A DNA stretch of 64,000 nucleotides from Eledone cirrhosa (Eukaryota). This document shows, piece by piece, positions 1-13,179 of the stretch (position 1 is the first letter of the stretch; each line of letters starts with the position of its first letter). The DNA is taken from assembly GCA_964016885.1 (NCBI GenBank), contig OZ024741.1:76012001-76076000 (forward strand), written 5' to 3'. The notes under the pieces are model-generated. The model did not search any database and was not told the DNA's origin. It worked only from the letters and a program-made list of their open reading frames with translations. The position numbers were made by a program, and so were the translations under genes.

Positions 1-203
1 CCCCCACATTTACGTATAGACATATCTTCTCACACTCACACACACACACACACTCACATACTTACACCTTCTTGCATTCTCCCACACACTTAAACAGGCA
101 TGTACGAAGAAAAAACCCTTTTAAAGGGAGACTACTCTTTATCCACCTAATCTTAACTCTTTGACATTAGAGATAGAACAGATACTCTATACCATTTCCT
201 GTC

Positions 204-401
204 AGCATGACTTGGCAAGCTATTTAGAACACTGGTTTAATCGCTTTACTTCTCTCCGAAGAAGAGATATTATCTCGAAAATTAAGGACGTTTAAATAAA
301 TCTAAGGCAAAAGACTAATTGTCAACAATATCTTTTGCATCTGCATTCTTTATTCTATGTCCATACCTGCATTGTTTTGGCTTTATTATACATATACAAA
401 C

Positions 402-405
<4 letters not shown>
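204..405 (+). mobile_element. PLE-type terminal-repeat fragment with minimal hammerhead-like motif, ending in (TA)n
   Basis: CCGAAGA-A-GAGAT-ATT-ATCTC-GAAA-ATTA-AGGA at 256-288. The same family recurs at 17773-18050. The 3' end abuts (TA)n. Confidence 0.55.
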
Positions 406-455
<50 letters not shown>

Positions 456-543
456 GTATGAATTGAAGTTGTAGCTGCCATATAGCAGGTACTAATCGAG
501 TTAAAAAATGCATATATATTCTTTCCAATATATTTTTTTATAA

Positions 544-1815
544 TCTCTCTATATATAAAATTCTTGTCTGTCTGTCTTTTCCTTATGCATTCTCAAACGG
601 CTCAACCAAATCAAATCAAATTTTACAAGGTTTAGTCACCGGGATTAACAACATGCAATTTTTATTTTCATTTGGATTAAAACAATATCACATTTTATCT
701 AAAATAATCAACTATAGTCAATGGACATTTTATACCACTGCTACACCAACGACGTCACATTTTGTATATGAGTGGGTATGTGTCTGTCAGTGTGTGTGTG
801 TTTGTGCGTTCGTTAGGTACGTTAATATTTAATCAGATACACAGGGAATTAAACACACGCATCTACACATACATATACATATGTGTTGACTGATAAGTAT
901 ATGTGTATGAGTGTATGTGAGAGTGTATGTGTGTGTGTGTGTGAGTATACATACATTTCTGTGACGAATGACATAACGAACACACACACACACACACATC
1001 TAAAGAGAGACATAGAGGGAGAGGCAGAGAGAGAGAGAGAGCTAGGGTGTTATACAGAGAGAGATACAATGTGTTAGATATTCATAGAGATGGAAAGAGA
1101 GAGAGTAATGTCCCACAAAAGTGTAGAATAGGCTTAAACTGTAGATCAAAGTATCAGTTCAATGTTTAACAATATTGCGTTAGTTTTTATAAAGTCGTTT
1201 TACACTAGTCTTTGATTTTACAGAACACAGAAAAAAATTGATACTATTTGAAATTAATCTATGGTGTATGTTAATTTAGCTTTTTGAGGATAGTGTCATG
1301 TTATTATTGACCTAATTCAGATGAGAAAGACAGTCGCAACTTTCTGTTTCCTGAGACTGGAAACAGAAAGATTAAGGCAAGAAGAAAGACTATCACAACA
1401 AACAGAGGTTCAATATGAAAATCACCAAGAGGCAATAACAGTTGCGATGCAAATTTGACGAGCACAAAGGACTCTTCGAGGCAGAATAAACTGGCTAAGA
1501 GCTAAGTTTTCATATGATCCATTGAAGAATTATAGAAATGATCCTAAAGTCGCGATTGGTAGCATGGATATTACACTTGGCATGTGTTGCTTAGGAGGAA
1601 AGGTCAGACTTCCAGCTGTTATCCATATACTGCTTACAGGCCATACTAACGAAGCTAAACACTTCAGAAGCAATGTTATACGGTATATTGCTGCATACTT
1701 CGGAGGCTGAAAAAGATCATCTTGACTATGGTTATTTCACAACATTTAAAATCAAAGGCCAATGCTACTATTTAATTGGCAATTTACTCCCCCAGCCTAA
1801 TAAGAAAGTTTTATG

Positions 1816-1888
<73 letters not shown>

Positions 1889-2007
1889 TATATTACAGTC
1901 TCACCTCATACTGTAAACCAGACAACACATCCAATAATACAGTCGTTTTCTCTTTTATCTGTCTTCTCTTAACTGTTCTCCTGGGCGAAGCCAGGTACCT
2001 CAGCTAG
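544..2007 (+). mobile_element. Non-autonomous Helitron
   Basis: A|TC start (TCTCTCTATATATAAAA). 3' hairpin CCTGGGCGAAGCCAGG (1980-1995) followed by CTAG|T at 2004-2007. Carries an internal RepHel remnant. Confidence 0.8.
1500..1800 (+). pseudogene. Helitron RepHel N-terminal fragment (disrupted)
   Basis: Translates across frames to VAIGSMDI, GMCCLGGKVRLP, LLTGHTNEAKHFRSN and FKIKGQCYYLIGNLLP, all typical Helitron N-terminal motifs. Confidence 0.8.
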
Positions 2008-2360
2008 TAATATATAAGAAATAATAATATATAAGAAAAAAATAATGTTACTTGAAGAGAAATTGTAAATAAGAGAGGAGGGAAGAAGAGAGAGACAATT
2101 TGTGTGTGTGTTTATTAGTATTGTTTAGTATGTCTGAGTATTATTTACTATCTTTATGATTTTTATAGCCTTTTTATGATCTTCAAAGGAATTTCAACAA
2201 TAACAGTTTATATACGGGGACAACTAACAAAAAATGTTTAAGTGTTTTTTGGAATGATGTACACTCTTGATAAATCACCTGTGAAATTATGACTTGTTGC
2301 TCCACAAACATTAATGTTGCCAGTAAATTGATGAGTTGTTAAACATATAGGTACATAAAT

Positions 2361-2430
2361 GGCTGTGTGGTTAAGGACTCCGCTTTACAACCATGTGGTG
2401 TTGGGTTCAGTCCATTGTAGTGCATGGATT
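2361..2430 (+). mobile_element. tRNA-derived SINE head (degenerate)
   Basis: A-box-like GGCTGTGTGGTTAAG and B-box-like GGTTCAGTCC. Confidence 0.5.
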
Positions 2431-2573
2431 GACAAATGCCTTGTGAATGAAATGTGATAGATGTAAACTATAGAAGCCTGTTTCATGACTGCTTCATGTG
2501 AAATCTGAATAGGCTGGTAAGAAAAGTTATTTTTGCAGCTATGAATATAGAGCTCTTGTCGATTAACAAAATG

Positions 2574-3431
<858 letters not shown>

Positions 3432-3539
3432 TACATGTGAGGAAGAATGTAGGTTAGTTGGTGGCCTTAAAAGACACATTAATGTGCATAATGAACATCA
3501 AGTGGCTAATAATTGTTTCTCCTTTTTGCACAAAGCCAG

Positions 3540-3695
3540 CAATTACCCCAATGCATTACTGGTGCTTTATTTTATTGACCCTGTAAGGATGAAAGGCAAA
3601 GTTAACTTCAGTGGGATTTGAACTTAGATCATAAAAGACCATAACTCTATGCTGCAAAGCATGGCGTCTGATCCTCTACTGATACTGCCAATCGG
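3540..3695 (-). mobile_element. SINE of the same family as 11062-11246 (degenerate)
   Basis: Degenerate reverse complement of the GTTCAAATCCC...GTTAACTTTGCCTTTCATCCTT...GGGTC core. Confidence 0.6.
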
Positions 3696-3865
3696 TTAAT
3701 AATGTTATGGTGAGAGCATTGCACACCTCTCGACTCCATGCAAAACACTACATCGTTGGCAGATCTAAAAAGCCAAATTCATTCACAAGACCCACATGAC
3801 TCAAGCTGATGTTGTTTGATAGACATAGTCAATCATGGGGTGGTTACCATCATATATGTATGTAT

Positions 3866-3992
<127 letters not shown>

Positions 3993-4395
3993 TTTATGCC
4001 TTGTAACTTAGGGGTGCAACAAATAGAGATCAATGAAAAAAGTACCAGACTTGAAAAAAAATGTACTTGAGTTGACAGGATTAACTAAATCACTTCAAGT
4101 TTGCACCCCAGCTTGGTCGCAGTCTAATGACTGAAACCAGTAAAAGAATAAAAAAATATTTATTGAATGTTATAATCACCATTAAGAATATATAATTGTG
4201 TCAATTGTTTGTTGATTGTTGCCAAACAATACACATTTTCCCTCTTTACTTGTTTTTTATTAGCCATTATCATCAATTTGTATGAAGTGGTTAATTAAAT
4301 TGTAGTCAGTATGGTAGTTGAGAAGTCCCTTTTTGTTAGTGTATTTCTAAGGAAAATGTGACAGAAAAAGGTCCATACTACAATGTAGTATTGAT

Positions 4396-4680
4396 ATCAT
4401 CATCATCATCATCATCATCGCCGTTTTACGTCCGTTCTTCCACGCTAGCATGGGTTAGACGGGTTGTCTTGTTGTGGGCAGTGTCTGATCGGCTGACCTT
4501 GTCTTGCTCATACAGGAACTGATTTTGGCTTGATTTCTACAGCTGGGTACCCTTCCTAACACCAACCTCATTTACAGTGCGACTGGGTGCTTTTTTCCGT
4601 GGCGCCTACACGTCCACTTTACAGTGTAGGCTGGGTGCTTTTTTGCCGTGGCACCTCCACGACCACTTTGCAGTGGAAGG
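4396..4680 (-). mobile_element. SINE with RTE-like 3' end and (GAT)n tail
   Basis: (CAT)n followed by CCACGCTAGCATGGGTTAGACGGG. Related copies at 9718-9985, 20740-21270, 56387-56620 and 57542-57734. Confidence 0.6.
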
Positions 4681-5557
4681 GTGTGGGGGCATATTGTCTA
4701 TATGCTTCAGCTTAAACAAACATATCCTCAAATTATTAATGAAACAGACAAACATTTGAACTTAGAGATTCACAGATATGAACAATAAAAGACATAATGA
4801 ACAGTGTTGAAAAAATAATATAAATGAAAAAATACCACACACATACATACACACATACATACACACACGTACACACACATCACAAAAAAGCATCAACAAC
4901 AACAACATTTCATCATTTGTAAATAATTGTTAAATAAAAGAAGCAGCCCAAGGAGAAAGAGAGTGAGTGGACAATGTATGTCACAAAAGACAGTGCATCT
5001 TTGTCAAACAGATCTATCCAGTACGGTATTTGATTTATCTTGTAATAGAGTCACCATTAAACAAGTTCGACTATGGCTGTCCTTTCAAAGTATGGTAGTA
5101 AAGTTCAAGAACTCCATGGGAGTAGGTTCCTCCTTGTGAGCGACTTGTCTTTTTATTTGCCTTTTTGTTTGGATTCCCTTCTCATTCATTCTGTTCCCAG
5201 CAGTTTCTCCACTCTTCTCCAGTTTCCATTTCTTCCTCATTGTTACAAGACAATAGGAGTGATCTTGCCACTCATAGTTTCTAGACAATCCTGTGCTGCT
5301 GAACGAAACTTCTCATCTACTTGATTAGAAGTTCTCTGGTTTACTGCACTCTGATTTCAAATCCTGCTTGGTCAACTTTGCTTTTAATCCTTTCACGGTT
5401 GATAAATAAAGTACCAGTCTAGTACTGGTGCTGGTTCTTCCTCTATCTCTATCACTTTCTCTGAAAGAAATTGGCTATGTTCTGATCTGTAAAGGGATAG
5501 GCTCTGCCAGGTTTAAAATGCCTAGGACGTTGCTCTTATACTCTTATACACTTACCA

Positions 5558-8500
5558 TGTCCTGGGTATGACATTAAACTACATCCAGTGGCAAGGCTCC
5601 AGTTCAGGAGTTCAGGAGATGTGGGGAATGTGGAGTTACCCCTTAGTTGTCATGACTCCCAGGTCTGCCCTGGCCCGGAGTGGTAGTACCTGTTAGGGCT
5701 CCATTTATGGGTTAAATAACTACCTTATTCGAGTGGCGCCGGTAAGGTATTGTCAGCCATTGAAAAGAAATATGGAGAGTCGATCTAACAGCACTAGGGT
5801 TAGAGCCCCTAATTACACTGTCAAGGAGCAGCCTGGTCGTTATGACTCTGCTGGCTTAGAGCCACAGAGAGGGCCAGTGGATGATGGATCAGCTGTCTCT
5901 GAGACAAATATAAAGAATGCAGTTTTGTCCTGCAGAAGAGCCATCAAAATGGGCACTTTGAATGTGAGGACTATTCGAACGCTGGAGAAGAGAGAGGAGT
6001 TGGGACATCTGTTCGAGGAGAGTGGTATACAGATACTTGCGATCCAAGAACACAGGATTCTACACGATGAGCCCGTGAGGAGTGTGATGATCGGGAGGAA
6101 GAGCCAGCTCATCACTACATCGGCAGTGAAGAACACAACAAATGCTGCAGTGGGAGGAGTGGGTTTTGTGTTCAGTGCAAAAACCAATCTGTTGGTGAGG
6201 GAAGTAATGCCTATCTCCCCGCGAGTGTTGAGGGTGACCTTCAATGGAAACCCAAGACTGACAGTCATCTCAGCCTATAGTCCAACCAAGGGGGACAGTG
6301 ATGTGAATGCGGAGGAGTTCCATGAGGAGGTGTGTAGGGCTGTCAACACCACTCAGGCACACAATATCCTGCTTGTTTTGGGGGACTTCAATGCACATCT
6401 GAGTAAGGAGGGCAGTGAAGATCCTTGCTGGTACTTCCATAACAACACCAACCGAAATGGAAGACTACTGAGAGACACCCTGCTGGAGGCGAACTTGATG
6501 GCGACCAACCTAAGGTTTAGGAAGAATCTGGGGAAGATGTGGACCTACATCTCAGATATGCACCTGTCCAAGTCCCAGATTGATTTCATTCTGGTGAGGA
6601 AAAAGTGGCGGAATAGTGTTCTGAACACGGAACCATACAGCTATTTCAGTACACTGGGTAGTGACCACCGGCTTGTTATGAGTGAGGTCCGCGTGAGCTT
6701 AAGAAAGAGCAAGGCTCAGCCCCGGAGAACAATCTATGACTGGGAGCTTTCAAGGAAGATGATAAGCTACAGGAGAGGTTCACAGTGGAAGTGAGAAACA
6801 GGTTTAGTGCTCTGTGTGGAGAGTCAGAGGAGAGAGAGATTGGATGGACTGAGGAGAGTGTGACGAGGAGGTACGGGCACTTCACCAATGCAGTGGCGAA
6901 AGCAAGTGAAACCCTGGTGCCGAGGAAAAAGAACAAAGGGAAGCACGTCAGCTCTGCAAACCCAAAAGTGTGTGCAGCCAGAGAACACCTGAAAGCTGCC
7001 AGGGACCAATTCTATGCTGATCCTACGGAGGAGAGGATGGAGACTGTGGAGGTGATGAGGGAAGAGCTCTGTACCGCTTACACTGAGGTCAGAGAGGAGG
7101 CACTGATAGAGAAGATCAGAAGTGTGGAGAGAGCGGTTGACAGATCTGGATGTAAGGAGAGCTGGATGATCATCAACGAGATCACAGGGAGGAAGAAAAG
7201 GTGTTCGAGTCAGATCCAGAGAACGGGGCCCGAGGATAGGAAGAGGAAATGGCTAGACCATTTTAGGACCCTACTAGGAGAGCCACCCTCCACAGCCCAG
7301 AGCACTGGGGAGATCAGGCGGCTGTTTGAGGAACTGGATGTTGAGACAGAGCCCTTCACCAGAGAGGAGCTTCAGAGAACCAAGAAGAAGATCAAGGAGG
7401 GCAAGGCTCATGGAGAAGATGGAGTGGCATCAGAGGTGATGAAGAGGTGTGATTTTGATGATATCATCCTGGGGTTCTGTAACGGGGCACTGGAGAAAGG
7501 AGTTGCCCCGAATCAGTGGAGGATCAGTAACATCGTCCCAGTGCCAAAGAAGGGAGATCTCTCTAACACCAACAACTACCGGGGGATCTCACTGACGTCA
7601 CTTGTGGCAAAGACCCTCAACAGGATGATTCTTAACAGGATCCAGCCTGAGATGGAGAAGAAGCTCAGGGACAACCAGAACGGCTTCAGAGAGGGTAGAT
7701 CAACCACCAGTCACATCCTGATGCTGAGGAGGATATTAGAGGGAGCTAGAGCAAAGTGCCTTCCTGCGGTCATGGTTTTCATTGACTTTAGGAAGGCCTT
7801 TGATTCTGTGGACCGTTACTGCCTGATGAAGATCTTACAGGCTTATGGAATCCCCAAGAGGATAGTGGACCTGATATTACTGCTCTACACCAACACCAAA
7901 GCCCAAGTCATTACACCTGATGGGATGACAGAGTTCTTTGAGATACTGGCTGGAGTGCTCCAGGGAGATACATTGGCTCCCTACCTTTTTATCATCGTAG
8001 TGGACTATTGTATGCGCCTTGCACTGGAGAAACACCAGGACTCTGGCTTTACTGTAGCACCGGCTCAGAGCAGGAGAGTTGGGGCGAAAAAGGTATCGGA
8101 TGCTGAATTTGCCGACGACATAGTTTTGGTGACAAATACAGTGAAGGAGGCAGAGGATTTGATGCGGGAGGTTGAGACTGTGTCGATGAGTGTGGGGCTG
8201 AGAATGAATGAGACTAAAACAAAATATCTGGTAGAGAATGTTGAGAAGCCAGAGGGGTTCACTAATGTAGGCGGGAAGCCCCTGGAATTGGTTGAGGACT
8301 TCCTGTATTTGGGAGCAAAGATTGGGAATACGGAGGATGATGTGGTTGAGAGGAAGAGCAAGGCCTGGGCGGCGTGCCACAGCTTGAGATCGGTGTGGAA
8401 GTCGGACCTTCGTAGAGTCCTGAAGATCCGCCTCTTCATTGCTGTAGTGGAGTCTGTGCTGCTGTATGGGTCTGAGACTTGGACACTGACCAGGAAACTC

Positions 8501-8878
8501 ACTCAGATGGTGGATGGGTGCTACACGAGAATGCTGAGGATGGCTCTGAACATTAATCAGTATACACTGAGGATGAAAAACTCAGAGCTGTATGGGAGCA
8601 TCCCAAAAGTCAGCTCAAAAGTTACACAGAGGAGACTGAGGTTGGCTGGACATGCTCACCGACATCCAGAGTTGACATTGCACTCAGTGCTCCTTTGGGA
8701 GCCCCTACATGGACAAACTAGAAGAGGAAGACCAAGGTTAACATATGTTGATGCCCTAAGGACAGACACTGGTCTGTTGGAGATGCAGGATATGGCAGCG
8801 ATAATGAGGGACAGAGACCGCTGGAGAGAACTCGTCCATGGATCTCGGGAATTTTACCCGCCTTAGATAGATAGATAG
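5558..8878 (+). mobile_element. Full-length RTE-clade LINE
   Basis: TSD ACACTTACCA at 5548-5557 and 8879-8888. (TAGA)n tail. APE and RT coding region. Confidence 0.92.
5772..8866 (+). pseudogene. RTE ORF: apurinic-like endonuclease plus reverse transcriptase, one frameshift near 6741-6746
   Basis: APE motifs GTLNVRT, IQE, GDFNA, IDFI and SDH in ORF 5733-6794. RT motifs YRGISL, FIDFRKAFDSV, GVLQGD, FADD and YLG, and C-terminal RRGRP, in ORF 6785-8866. Confidence 0.92.
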
Positions 8879-9279
8879 ACACTTACCACAACTGCGCCAG
8901 ATTCTATAGAAAAAAAAAACACGCACACATTTTCAGAGCTCCTTTAAAATCATCCAACATCATTTTTAAATCGTTTCATATAATTTTATATAAGAACATT
9001 TTTTTCATGTTACAAATACCATTTTCATAATTAAATGATTTTTAGTAAATGCTTCCAAATTCTTCATCACTTAAGTCAAATACAGTGCCCAAATCTATTT
9101 ATAAGGTATCTATTGGCATTTATTGTAATGTCCTTAAAATAAAAGATGTTGAAAGGTATTTAAATATTGCATAACATTCTTTTAAAATACTTATTTAGAA
9201 TATCTAAATACAGAAGGTAATAAAGAAAGTAATAAAAAAAATGTATTCTACGAACATTATAAAATATTCACAGAACTTC

Positions 9280-9655
9280 AGTATATACAATGTTTTTAAT
9301 TTTTTACTTTGGAGTATATATGAAACATTTGTTGGGGTTCCCTACTCTGGAACAACCTACATACAATTGACCATGTGAGAAACAGTCCTCTTCTAGATGG
9401 AGACCAACAACCTGCAGTGTTTGACCTTGGGACTTATTGATGGTCATTGCGTAACTGACTATCACTGGGAATTGCAACCGTTTGAAACGGAAGGGAACAT
9501 CTGTTGGTATTAGTGATTTTCTAGCTATAAATACGATGTCTGTCTTACCACATCCATTGAGGAATTTAGCTTTGATAATATGAGGCTGTAGCTCAGTCAC
9601 AACCATATGCTTCCCATTCCACAATCTTGGCTGATTCAGGTTTCCTCAGAAGCAT
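9280..9655 (-). pseudogene. Helitron PIF1-like helicase C-terminal fragment
   Basis: FKRLQFPVIVSYAMTINKSQGQTL and FSHGQLYVGCSRV motifs (ORF 9304-9624). Confidence 0.88.
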
Positions 9656-9658
9656 GAT

Positions 9659-9703
<45 letters not shown>

Positions 9704-9717
9704 TGTATATGTATATA

Positions 9718-9985
9718 TCATCTTCATCACCATTTAGCATCCATTTTTACATACTAGCATGGGTTAAATGAGCTGCCCCATTGTGAGACAAGCCAGGTCG
9801 AATGACCATGTCTTGCCCATACAGAACTGGTTTTGGCTTGGTATCTACGGCTGGATACCCTTCCTAACACCAATCCCATTCACAGTGTATGCTGGGTGAT
9901 TTTTGTCATGACACCTATACGACCACTTTACAATGTGGGCTGGGTGCTCATGACACCTACACAACCACTTTACAGTGTGGGCCGG
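9718..9985 (-). mobile_element. RTE-tailed SINE
   Basis: Homologous to 4396-4680 (CTAGCATGGGTTA, TCTACGGCTGGATACCCTTCCTAACACCAA). Confidence 0.6.
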
Positions 9986-10199
9986 GGGGATGGGGAGATT
10001 GAGGAGGTAGATCTAGGGGCATGTATGAGGGTGTGAAATGTTTGGGCATGGGTAGAGTATTAGGACATGGGAGATGTCCTAATGTATTAGGATGTGGAAG
10101 AAGAGAGGTGTGTTAAGACGTGGAGTTTATGGAAGGGGGAAGAGGAAGGTAGTACATACACGATGTATGCTTCAAACTGTGCACACGGGAAGGCCAGAG

Positions 10200-10655
10200 A
10201 TCTTGATCCTGTGTCATCGACTTCGAGAGGTGCACTTATGGAAAGTCAGCTTTTATCACCTCATCCCAAGTCTTCCTAGGTCTTCCTACACCATAGCTTC
10301 CATCAACCTTGAGCCCCCTGTACCTTTTATACAGCTATCATCCTTCATATGCATCATATGCCCATACCAACACGTTCTCCTCTCCTGCTCACTGCATCTG
10401 ATTCCTTTTATCTCCAGTTTCTCTCTCAGTTCATTTATGCTTTGCCGTTGATGTATATTACTATTACACATCCATCAAAGCATAAAAGCTTAATTTCTTT
10501 CCAATTTTCGTTGGTCCTTTACACACAGCACCCAGGTCTCACTGCCATGCAGCATTGCTGTTCGTATATGTGCATTATACAATCTCCCCTTCATTTTGAG
10601 GAAAAACATTTTGTGCTGAGCAGTAGTAGCTCCTTGAACTTTCTCCATCTCATTC
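10200..10655 (-). mobile_element. RTE LINE C-terminal fragment (abundant degenerate family)
   Basis: LREKLEIKGIRCSEQERR..WYGHM..MKDD..IK, homologous to 18545-19070. Confidence 0.75.
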
Positions 10656-10744
10656 TGTTTTCAGAGAAAAGGTCGATGGTGGGCAAGTTGGAGGTCAGAT
10701 TAGTTGAAGACACACAAAAAACATTTTATTTAGTGTTATTAGCA

Positions 10745-11319
10745 GTCCATGTACAAACAAACCCCGAGCACCCCTTTGAATTCCATGTATCTAACACCCT
10801 TGGGCATGCCTACAAAGTCAGAAAACAGTACAGCTCCCATGACTTTCGAAACATTGTTTTATGCTGAGTTGCTGAAGCATGAAACAAACTACCTGCAGCA
10901 GTTGTTAAGTGTCGGGACACTGCATCCTTTAAAACTTCCATGCTTCCTGAAATTCGCCAACACTACACCTGATATTCCTCCTCCATACACACACATACAT
11001 GTATTTCATGACTCATACACTGTTCACTTTCCTGATATTTGTACATTATTCTATGTACTAAGGGCGGTGGATTGGCAGTATCGGTAGAGGGTCGGACGCC
11101 ATGCTTTCCAGCATAGTTACGTCCCTTTACGATCTGAGTTCAAATCCCGCCGAGGTTAACTTTGCCTTTCATCCTTACGGGGTCGATAAAATAAAGTACC
11201 AGTAATGAACTGGGTAATTGCTGGCCTTGTGCCTAAAGTAGAAACAATTATTCTATGTACTATACATGCACCTTTGATGAGTTGTAGTGCACCTGAGCAC
11301 TGTACACAATAATTTCATT
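10745..11319 (+). mobile_element. CR1-type LINE 3' end, interrupted by a SINE
   Basis: NTLGHAYKVRK followed by a degenerate VAEAWNKLPA-type C-terminus. An uninterrupted paralog lies at 25568-25820. Confidence 0.7.
11061..11246 (+). mobile_element. tRNA-headed SINE with conserved central domain
   Basis: B-box GAGTTCAAATCC and core GCCTTTCATCCTTACGGGGTCGATAAAATAAAGTACCAG. Flanking direct repeat ATTATTCTATGTACT at ~11046-11060 and ~11247-11261. Confidence 0.8.
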
Positions 11320-11525
11320 CGGTGGATTGGCAGTATCGGTAGAGAGTCGGACACCATGCTTTGATGCATAGAGTTATGGCCCTTGCCATTCTGAGTTCAA
11401 ATCCCGCCGAGGTTAACTTTGCTTTTCATCCTTACGGGATCGATAAAATAAAGTACCAGTAATGTACTGGGTAATTGCGGCCTTGTGCCTAAAATAGAAA
11501 CAATTATTATTATTATTATTTATTT
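11320..11525 (+). mobile_element. Second copy of the same SINE with (ATT)n tail
   Basis: Closely similar to 11064-11246. Confidence 0.8.
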
Positions 11526-11834
11526 CCTTTTCATAAGTATTATAGATATGGCGACAAATTGGTTAAAAGTCCTTTACCAATAGCTAGTCTGGTGGTACTA
11601 AGGATGAAGTGAATTCGCTTGCTTCTCTACTCTTGCTATTCTCAAAGCTGTAGCTATGTTACTCCGGACACTACTCGAGAGAGGGGGGGGGGGGGGCTTT
11701 TTTCTGCTGCTGCTGTTGCTGTTCCAATTGCTGCTGCTGTCTCTGTTGCTGTGACTGCTATAGCTTCTTGTTGCTGCGCTCACCTCTTCTGCTGTCTCTG
11801 TTACCAGTGGTGGGAGTGGTTGGGATAATAATAA

Positions 11835-11887
<53 letters not shown>

Positions 11888-13179
11888 ATTAACAGTTTAG
11901 AGTGTTTGATTCATGTCCAAGCTGGTGACATCGCGCTCCACTGATTACTTGGCTGTGTAGCTGTCATGGTAGGTGGGTAGGGGTAGTTATAAATAGTCAA
12001 ACTGCATCAGGTGGAAATTTCAGTTGTCATGGTTACAATGGCATTGATATTAGATTTAGATCTGTCATGCAAAGGGTGGGAGGAGGAAATTCAAAATAGT
12101 TCTTAAATCCTGACCCAGATTTCCATGGATTTCTCTCTAAATTTTGTATCTACCTGTATATAATGAAAGAAAAAGAGAAAATGTGATAAACACTGTACAA
12201 AATAAATGACAATAAGGAAACAAAAAAAAAGAAGGTAAAAAAGAAAAAGAAAAAAGTAATTAAACAATGATAGAAAAGAAAAGAGGGAGCGACAGACTTT
12301 TCACCCCAATCTGAGTGGCATGTTTCAGCTACACCCTGTAGACAAAATGGTGAAGGCATTGTCACGTATAATGGCCTGTGACACCCACTGCAACAGTCAC
12401 CCACATCATGAGTCACTTTCCTCAGGTGGGCTACTGTCTGTCCAATTCTATGGAGGTAAATTGCAGCTCAGGAACTGAGGACACCTGAGGTCTTGATGGC
12501 AACCGGTACAAAAAGAAAGCCATGACTGACCATGGATTTGCACCTAGAAAGTTCTTCGACATTGCATAAGCCTGGGTAAGATGTTTTGTGGAAGACCAGC
12601 ATACCAGTCTTCTATCTCTACAGTACAGATGTTATCCACTGGAAAAGCAACGGTTGATACAGCTTGGCACCACCAATGTTGTCTCAGAGTCAGCCGCTAC
12701 CTGATGTTTCTACTCCTTTTTTCTAGCTGAGTTGACTGGAGCAACATGAAATAAAGTATCTTGTTTAAGGACACAACACCGTCTGGTCCAGGAATTGAAC
12801 TCATGGCTTTGTCATAGTAGTCCCAACACTTGAACTACTTAACTCAGAGGTTCTCAAACGTTTTGCCCCCCCCCCTCCTCATGGCCACGTAATGCTCTCA
12901 GCGCCCTCGCCCCTATTTCCAGAGAGACCTGCCTACACACAAATTGTAAATAATACATAAATAAAATCATTAATTTATATATAATAAATGATACAATATA
13001 TATTATGTATAAATAGATATTTCTTATTTTACTAATAAACAAAAGGTATTTATTTCGCGATAAAGTATTGATTTTCTTCGCACGGAAAAAAAAGCCTGGT
13101 AATCTATGACAAATTTTTTTTATAAGCACAAAATGTAGACACCATCCCGAGGCCGAAGTATTCCATACTTCTCTGTACT

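Noticed and set aside
2361-2430. tRNA gene
   Set aside because: Only A/B-box-like motifs without a full cloverleaf, consistent with a SINE head.
9304-9624. Host PIF1 helicase exon
   Set aside because: Motifs and decay match Helitron helicases, and no splice context is evident.
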